A DNA stretch of 64,000 nucleotides from Eledone cirrhosa (taxonomy: Eukaryota). Under the pieces are notes generated by a model that saw only the letters and a list, made by a program, of their open reading frames with translations, did no database searches and was not told the DNA's origin. Shown here piece after piece: positions 55,820 through 64,000 of the stretch (positions are counted from its first letter, which is position 1; the number at the start of each line of letters is the position of its first letter). The translations under genes and the position numbers were made by a program. The stretch covers positions 79,918,001 to 79,982,000 of the forward strand of contig OZ024742.1 in NCBI GenBank assembly GCA_964016885.1, written 5' to 3'.

Positions 55820-57530
55820 TACCTTCCGGGCTCTTGTGAAGGTCGGGTGGTTCGACCTCCATAGTTGGTGTGGTTTCTTTTGGGAACCCCTCTAAAAGAC
55901 TTGAAGTGGGTTTTACGTTCGGGGTTCCCACGTCCGAGGAAAGCTGTCTCGTATCTCTTTGTATAAATCGAGCGACATTCGCACCAGAAACAAATTTTCC
56001 GGCACGCGAAATGTGCTCGATTAAAACAGTTCCCCCCTTTTTGAATATTTTGACTTCGTGCTACGAGGGCCATCAGTTCCTTGCTGGCCCTCCTGACGAG
56101 GACGAAGTTTTGTATGTTTTGTTGGTGTGATTTTATTTGTTTGCGTGGCTATGGTGGTGATGGTTTTGGTGGTGTTGTTTCGATTGTATCTGTGTTTGTA
56201 GTGAGTGCGGTGTCTGTGGTTTCAGATGTTTGTGTGTGTATTTGTTCTTGCGTCTGCTTATGTTGTTTGCGTTTGAGGGAATCTGGTGATGGTGATGGTG
56301 GTGTTGGTGTTGATGTTGTTGGGGAGATGTCTGCGTTTTTTTTTTATTGTGGGTGATTTTGTGGTTTGTTGATTTTTTTTTCCTTTTTGTGTTTCCTTTT
56401 TTTTTGTATTTTGAGGGATTTTGGTTTTCCCTCATCTTCACTACTGGTAGATGAGGGGTCTGTGTCTGTAAGTGTGTCTGTGTGTGTGTTTATGATTTTA
56501 TTGGTGTGTGTATTTGGGGGGGGGGGGGGGGGAATTTGACAACTTTCCTCATTTCCCCCGTGGGTGGTCAATGTTGGTGGTGGTCTTTCTATTGGTGTTG
56601 TTGTTGGCGGTTTTGCCGGTTCTGGTGTTGGTTGTGGTCCTCGCCCCGGCGTCGGCAGCAGTGGAGCCTTTCGACTCTTGCATCTTTCAGCAGTTGAGGG
56701 TAGAAGGCTCGCAAATGGGGTTTTTCCCCACAAACAAAACAATGCGGCCTTTTACCTTGGTCATAATATGAATGACCGTCCCATTCTGAAGGCGGATGTG
56801 ATCCGGAATTGTCTTCACATTTTCGGACCTGATCAGGAGAAGGATCTCAAGGTCAACCCCGGACCAGTCCTCTCTGGCCGTTCAGTCACTTCTATCGGGA
56901 CGGTATCCATCCCCTCCACAATCACACATCCCAGAAGCCACCACATGTCAAGTCCTGGTGGGATTCTGGGAATGCGGTTCTTTTTCCCATGTGGGAGGGG
57001 TAGATTATGACCTTGTTGGTTTTGCAAGGGATGATAGCGTGTTTCATAGCCAGGGCCTCTGACTTGAACAACACCGAAATGGTGCCGTACTGTCTGCCCC
57101 TCGCTATGTATTCGGTGTCTTCTCTGATGCACCTCATCGCGACTTCGACATCTGCTTGTGGAATTAAAGCTGCCCTTTTGGTTTGTGCTAGATGCATCTA
57201 TACTGCACCGTTCTGCGCTCCACTGCCTCAATAGCTTCTACCGGGAGAGTTAAGTTGGCCCAGGTTTGCTCTTGCTTGATGAGCTTCCAGGCGTGGGCCA
57301 ACTTTTCATCTTTGTTTGAGAGGTCCATGTTGAAGCATGGCCTCTTTTTTGCTGCTGCCGCAGCGAAAGTGTTCTTCTTTTTGTCGTTGGTGGTGTTGTT
57401 GTTGTTGTCGTTGTTCTTGTTGGTGTTGTTGTTATCACTGTCGCTGTTATCATTGTTGTCTTTGGTGCCGCTGTTGTTCTCAGTGCAGTTGGTATTGTTG
57501 CTTTTGATGTCGCTATTTGTTTTCATATTA
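55820..57530 (-). pseudogene. LINE ORF1 (gag-like, zinc knuckle)
   Basis: GKRPHCFVCGEKPHLRAFYP near 56700-56760 (CX2CX4HX4C with the last C mutated). Asn-rich N-terminus and Pro/Thr/Lys-rich tail. Confidence 0.75.
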
Positions 57531-58014
57531 GTGTTGTTGATACCGTTGTTGCATTTGTTGTCATTATTTTTGTTACCTGTATTTTCGTTGTCGCTGTTAC
57601 TGTCATTTTTTTAAAATTAGAGTTCTCAGTGTTGTTATCATTGCTGTCTTTGTTCACATTGTTTGTGTTGGTGGTTGTTGTATCGATTTCGTAACGCTCC
57701 TCTCAACTTCTACGTCGTTGTCGCACGACAGCAGACATATCGCTGGGGGTATGGCACAGTCATGTTTTTTTTTGTTTTTTTTTCTATAATTTTTTTAAAA
57801 TGTAAAAGATTTCAAATATTTGGGCCAAAAGGCCCAAATATTATTCTTTCCACTTCACAGCAAAGTCCAAGGGCTTGTATGCCTTACACAACAACAAATT
57901 CAATAAACAAGTTTTGACAGGTAAATAAATAAACTTACGGGAGCGAGCAAAAAGACGTCCGTTCAGACTCAATAATAATAATAAGAAGTAGAAGATACAC
58001 ACATACACACACAG

Positions 58015-58089
<75 letters not shown>

Positions 58090-58927
58090 AGTGTGTGCGT
58101 GTGTGTTTGTGTGCGTGTGTTATATAGAATGCGATAAAGACAGAAATAAATCGATAGAGAGAGGGAAAGAAAGAGGAGAGGGGGGAGCCAGGGAGTAAAT
58201 AATTGATGAAAGAAATAGAGCAGAAGAATGAAGAGCATATAAAGAATGACTATGAGATTGATTGATGGAAGGAAAGAAATAGAAAGACAGATAGTTAGGT
58301 AGATGGATAGAGAGATAGAGAGACAGAGTGCGATAGAGAGAGAAAAGGAGGCAGATGTGGAGGGAGGATTCGTCAAAGAAATAGGTGCCTAATGAACTCG
58401 TGCAGAAGAGTATAGAAAGAATGATTACGAGTGTGAAAGATGGGGAAGCAAAAAAAGATAAAAGAAAGGAAATGGTATGGATTCATGTAAAGCAGGTATG
58501 ATGAGTAGAACACTGAGAATTATGATGATGACGATGGTGATGACGGTGATACTAAGAGAAGGATGAACAGAAGTAAATATATAATCTAAATATACAAACA
58601 TAAATGAAGACGAAATAAAAAAAAACCCTACCCAGATGAATAAACATAATAAAGAAATCAATAAAATATAGAAAAGAACAGAGATATACAGATGAATGGA
58701 CAGGAAAAGAAAGCATTGACTGAGAAATAGAGGAAAAGAGAAGAAAAGTGAGATTGAACGAATGAGTCAGTGTGTATTGCAAGAGTCCGTGGTAAAAATG
58801 TGTTGCGCCTAAGAGAGTAAGATTAACTTAACGATACATGCGTAGATAGCGCAGGGGAGATAAACATTTAAACGCGAGAAAGCAGAGTAAAAATATGGAA
58901 ACATACTAAACTACATCAGCCAGATAA

Positions 58928-59012
58928 TGCTGCTGCTGTTGCTGCTATACTACTACTACTACTACTACTACTACTGCTACTACTACTACTGTTGCTGCTG
59001 CTGCTGCTGCTG

Positions 59013-59088
<76 letters not shown>

Positions 59089-59126
59089 TACTACCATCAC
59101 TACTACTACTACTGCCACTACTGCTG

Positions 59127-59214
<88 letters not shown>

Positions 59215-59240
59215 CACTACTGCTGCTCTGCTGCTGCTGC
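58928..59240. repeat. Compound (TAC)n/(TGC)n microsatellite
   Basis: Long trinucleotide array. Confidence 0.97.
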
Positions 59241-59561
59241 ACACAAACACATACATGACAAGTAACATAGAAGCAAACAGTGGATATGAGCAAATATGCA
59301 AACACACTACATCTCCATTTACACCAAACTTACAAACCACACCGAAGAAATCACCATGAAAAGACTTTCCTTGTAATTTATTATGAATAGAAAAGGTCTA
59401 GTCTTGTGGAAGTCATTTCTATGATCAATTTAATACATTAGTAACTCACAGTGTAACATTTTTGACAGTGGTCGTCACAAGATTAACATCGATATTATAC
59501 ACACACACGCACACACATACGCACAGACAAACACACACACACACATATATATATACACACA

Positions 59562-59637
<76 letters not shown>

Positions 59638-59638
<1 letters not shown>

Positions 59639-60540
59639 GAGGTGTGTCAGAAAGGTTCCAGGACTGATGTCACAAAAGATTTATTTCAAACCCAAACTTC
59701 ACACTAAGAGTTTTCTCCTTCAAATTAATCCCCCTGGAGTCTAATGAACTTTTCCATCATTTTCTGCCAAGCGTGCATGCACTCCTGGAAGGATTCTTCC
59801 GGGATCCTCCGCAGTTCCGCCGTCACGGCCTTTTTCATGTCGTCCACGTCTTCAAAGCGGGTCCCCTCCGGGTCGTACTCGAAGATCCATGACTCATCAC
59901 CGGTGATGACTGTCCCTTGGAAGTCTGGTTCGGTTTCAAGTCGCTCGAGGAGGTCCTGGCACACTTGCATGCGTCGAACCTTCTGGTCATCGTTCAGCAG
60001 TTTTTAAACCATCTTCGCGCAGACTTTCAGCATATCCAAATGTTCAGTGAGAATCTTCCAAACGCTGTCCCGATTCAAGCCCAGCTCATTTGCCATCAGT
60101 CGAGCAGTCAGCCGTCGATCACTACGCACCACCTTCCTGACGCGCTCAACGTTGACTTCAGTGCTCGTTGTTGAGGGCCTTCCGCTCCCACGTCCGCGCC
60201 TTCTTCTTTAAACCTCTTGCACCCCCCAAAACAAGTGAGCGTGACATTGTCTCATACCCATACACTTGCTGCAGCAATCCCAGTGCTTCTGATGGAGTTT
60301 TCCCCAACCGTACCAAAAACTTCAAGTGTGTTCGTTGCTCTGCACTCATTGCTTGACGACATCAAACAGAGGACATGTATATACAATTATGAAGAAAAAA
60401 GTTTGATCGCTGCAGAGAGCTAAGATTACAGTTACATACTCCAGGGGGATTACCTTGAAGGAGAAAACTCTTAGTATGAAGTTTGGATTTGAAATAAATC
60501 TTTTGTGACATCAGTCCTGGAACTTTTCTGATACACCTCG
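59638..60540 (-). mobile_element. Internally deleted mariner element with 103-bp TIRs, TA TSD
   Basis: TIRs at 59638-59740 and 60438-60540. Transposase remnant: EQR..LKFLVRLGKTPSEA...VYG; VITGDESWIFEYDPE joined directly to GTRFEDVDDMKK...F..W. Confidence 0.93.
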
Positions 60541-60556
60541 TATATGCATATATTAA

Positions 60557-60594
<38 letters not shown>

Positions 60595-60679
60595 ATATAT
60601 ATATACATATATATATATATGTACACATACACACACACGCACGCACACTCATATATATATATATATGTAGACACACACA

Positions 60680-60753
<74 letters not shown>

Positions 60754-61559
60754 CAGTTGTACATTAATACAAATATGTTGCAACATGCTTGAATGCATCA
60801 GTACAAAGAAACGCTGAAGCACACTCACATAATCAGACAATCACGTGGACATACATACACATTCTTGCATGGGGATAATGCGACAATGCGTAGTGCGGCA
60901 ATGTGGAATAATGGCAGAGAAAGAAAGATTTGAAGGTGATATTGAGTGAGAGAGAGAGGGATGGATGACAAGAGTGTGGGGTACGATTCAAAGACATAGA
61001 GAGAGTGAGCTACATTTTGTTAATTCTTTACTGTCGGAAACGGAAGTTGCAGAACGGAAGTCAAATCTTTTAGAGAGAAGACGACGTTTTCTCTATTTCT
61101 CTATCTGCGTTTTTCTTTCTCCTATCTACTTCTCATAGCTATTCTATACCTTATTTAAATATTTATTTGTTTATTTATTTATTCATTTATTTTATTTGTC
61201 TGTGTACTTTTTATGTATCCTTTCTTCTTCTTATACTTTCTTCACGTTTTACTTTAATTTGTCACTTACAGTACTATGAACACTTTATACAGAGCTGCAT
61301 AAATGTTCCTATTCTTATAAACATCAATGAATATATTATGCATTTTTATTTATCTTATTATGATTCTGTTATGTCAAAGTGCTTGTAATACTGATTCATG
61401 TCCAAATTGTAGAAAAGGGTTTTCGTCTACAATAAAAGAATATTTACGTCTCGATTTATTGGTGGTCTATTCTTGAATCTAAAGAAGTATAGTTATATGT
61501 TCATTTGTATATAGTATATATATTAAAGTGCAAGGACCTTCTTAGGCCACCAACAACCA

Positions 61560-61835
61560 GAAATTTGCACCAAGGTCGGAGATGGCGATAATATGGACGA
61601 CGAACTGTCAGCCATGTACAGCAGTCTCCGCTCTCCACACTATCGATGTAGCACAAGAGAAAGGTAATGGACAATATAGCTTAGCACCAGTGACGTCACA
61701 ACTCATTTCTACAGCTGAGTAAACGGGAAATAACCTGTCTTACAACGGGAAATAACATGTCTCACTCAAGGACACAACGCATGACCCCTTCAGGAATAGA
61801 ACTCACAACCTCCCAATCGCAAGCCGAATACTCTA
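61560..61835 (-). mobile_element. Second SINE family, degenerate
   Basis: CAACTCATTTCTACAGCTGAGT...CTCAAGGACACAACGC...GGAATAGAACTCACAACC, with a tRNA-like B-box on the minus strand. Confidence 0.55.
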
Positions 61836-61892
61836 CTCAATCTCTCTCTCTCTGTCTGTCTGTCTCTCTCTGCCTGTCTGTCTCTCTCCCTT

Positions 61893-61985
<93 letters not shown>

Positions 61986-62035
61986 TATTCAAAATATTAA
62001 CAAATGAAGTATATTCACATAATCAAAATATATGC

Positions 62036-62095
62036 TTTATTATATATATTTCAAAAGTACTGCGTTGTTTTTTCAGTAGGTCTTAATCAGATAAA
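62036..62095 (-). ncRNA. Degenerate hammerhead (family of 14778-14837)
   Basis: tttat-CTGATTA-agaccTACTG..CAGTActttt-GAAA-TATATA-TA-ataaa; G8 is mutated. Confidence 0.45.
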
Positions 62096-62274
62096 ATATA
62101 TGATTTGATATATGACATACCGCTACGGTCTTGATTATACAATTCCAGTATTGGCAGATGTTTATAGACCACAAATAATATGGTAAACTTAAAGAAGAAA
62201 AGGACGTGGAGCAAATTAGAGATATGAGTAATCAACGAACCATATTAATCTTTGGTTATATATATATATACACA

Positions 62275-63490
62275 TAACGGATGGGCAGAACGTAATATCT
62301 GCCTCCCAACCACTAAATGGGAGACGGGTATTACACAATCCACCTGTACCGCTATCACAACCTATCCATGGTATACCCGCTACCCACAACAAAGAATGTA
62401 ACTGCCATCTACCTGAAAGATGTCCATTGAAGAATCAATGCCTAAAGTCCAACATTGTTTACCAATGCACGGTTGAATCGAACGACCAGAAATGGTATTA
62501 TATCGGATCTACCACCACCTCATTTAAATCTCGCTGGTACCGTCATCGATTCTCAATCAAACATCCTAATCACCGTTTTGTGACCACGCTCGCCAACAAG
62601 ACCTGGCAACTCCGTGAACGCAACCAACAGTTCACCTTAAAATGGGATATACTTTCCAGCGCAAGTGCATATCGGAGTGGATTGAAATACTGCAGGTTAT
62701 GTAACCTTGAACTCTTTTACATATTAAAATCCAAAAACAAACTACTTAACGATAGAATTGAACGATCATTATACTGCAACCACAAACTAAAAGCTAAATT
62801 CTCTCACTATAAAATAACTTAACATTCGAACCCGTAACTATAACATCACTTTCTAGCTAACCACCTTCTCTTCCCCCACACTACAAGACAATACACTGCT
62901 TATCACTATAAATGGTAACTCAGTGCAATTCACAGATTACTACTACAAACCCAAAGTTCACTTACCACATAAACTTCGTCTGTCCCCTCTCTACCTCTCT
63001 CTCTACATCCATTACACTCTCTCACTCTCTCTCTCTCTCGCCTTTGGCCTACCTCCCTCTCCACATCTATGAACCTGCCCTCTGGGGCAATAAATAATTC
63101 CGACCGTAACTATCAACGCATCTTTCCAAAAGTAACCAGTATAATAAAACCCCTACCATAACATTTTGATTAAGATATCTACAAACCAAACCACTCTCTC
63201 CTACTTCTCCAACCCCTGCATATCTTTCTCTCTCTCTCTCTCTTCCCTACTTTTCTCTCTTCCTTTTCTACTCTATCTTCCCCAACAACACCACTTAAGG
63301 GTTTTTACATTGTACATTTTACCATTCTGCTCTGAGGATACAGTGGTCACAGCATTGGATATTTGAGTTCTGCAAATTCTTGTAAATTTGCAAATAGCAT
63401 AACTAGGCTGTAGTACCACCGTGGAAACATTTGTAAGCACACGGAATAAATAACCTTTTTATGATGTCTACGTGTTATTTTTCATTCTTT
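62275..63490 (+). mobile_element. 5'-truncated Naiad-like PLE: intact GIY-YIG domain + 3' UTR/pLTR
   Basis: KECNCHLPERCPLKNQCLKSNIVYQCTV...YYIGST..SFKSRWYRH...T.LA..TWQL...KWDIL...Y..G..YCRLCNLE...LLN.R.E...C.H; stop at 62822. Confidence 0.9.
63328..63439 (+). ncRNA. Type I hammerhead ribozyme with long stem II insert
   Basis: tgct-CTGAGGA-TACaGTGGT...ACCACcGTG-GAAA-CA tt TG-TA-agca. Confidence 0.8.
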
Positions 63491-64000
63491 ATATATATAT
63501 AAACATATATATAATGTATAATAAACAATACAATATAATTACCTAATTACTATAGGTTACCCGAATAAGACAAATACGAAAAACGTCCTCGTTCGTTCGT
63601 CGGATAAGGCAATTTAAAACATTTATATATATATATATATATATATATTAAAATAACAGGTTAAAGTTTAAGCAAAGAGTTGCTGCTTTCACCATTAACG
63701 GGATCTTATGAAACTAAAAATATTAATCTATGAACGCAGAAGTAAATATTTCCTAAAAGGTTGCAACCAAAGGAAGACAGGAAGACGATACGTTGGTTCA
63801 TGGAAACGTTCCGTGGCAAAGAACGGAATAAAATGAAGATAATACATCATAATTAGGAGGGGTGAAAACAAATACACGCAAAGACAAAACCACGTTTATG
63901 AAAAAATTAAGTCGTAGACTAATATTCTAGTAGGTGGTTCGTGGAGATGTTCTCTGGCAATGAACGGAAAAAACGTCACTTTCAGCTTATATCTGGAGTC

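Larger units (their letters stand above)
52264..57970 (-). mobile_element. Near full-length Tx1/L1-clade LINE (ORF1 + ORF2), degenerate
   Basis: ORF1 and ORF2 remnants, AATAAA at 52271-52276 (minus strand), and 5' UTR to about 57970. AATAATAAT flanks both ends. Confidence 0.9.

Overview
Repeat-dominated, AT-rich animal genomic DNA. It is probably from a coleoid cephalopod (octopod-like), inferred from the abundant tRNA-derived SINE and (TA)n/(CA)n content. No host protein-coding gene, rRNA, tRNA or CRISPR array could be supported. The window contains many Penelope-like retroelements (PLEs: RT + GIY-YIG, mostly 5'-truncated, with inverted pseudo-LTRs, sitting in TA microsatellites). It also holds a near full-length Tx1/L1-type LINE, a hATm-like transposase, an internally deleted mariner, a decayed Tc1/mariner, RTE and CRE-like LINE fragments, and many SINEs. 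The main hidden signal is RNA-level: by-eye folding finds about 25 type I hammerhead ribozyme (HHR) motifs, intact or degenerate, from 10 or more sequence families. Many have non-canonical cores (compensated U3-A8; U4C) and palindromic stem III. Two ORF-less HHR-bearing units look like non-autonomous retrozymes that could make circular RNA: a 420-nt tandem dimer at 2196-3020 and a 593-nt 1.1-mer with an inverted arm at 50998-51847. All folds were read manually and are untested.
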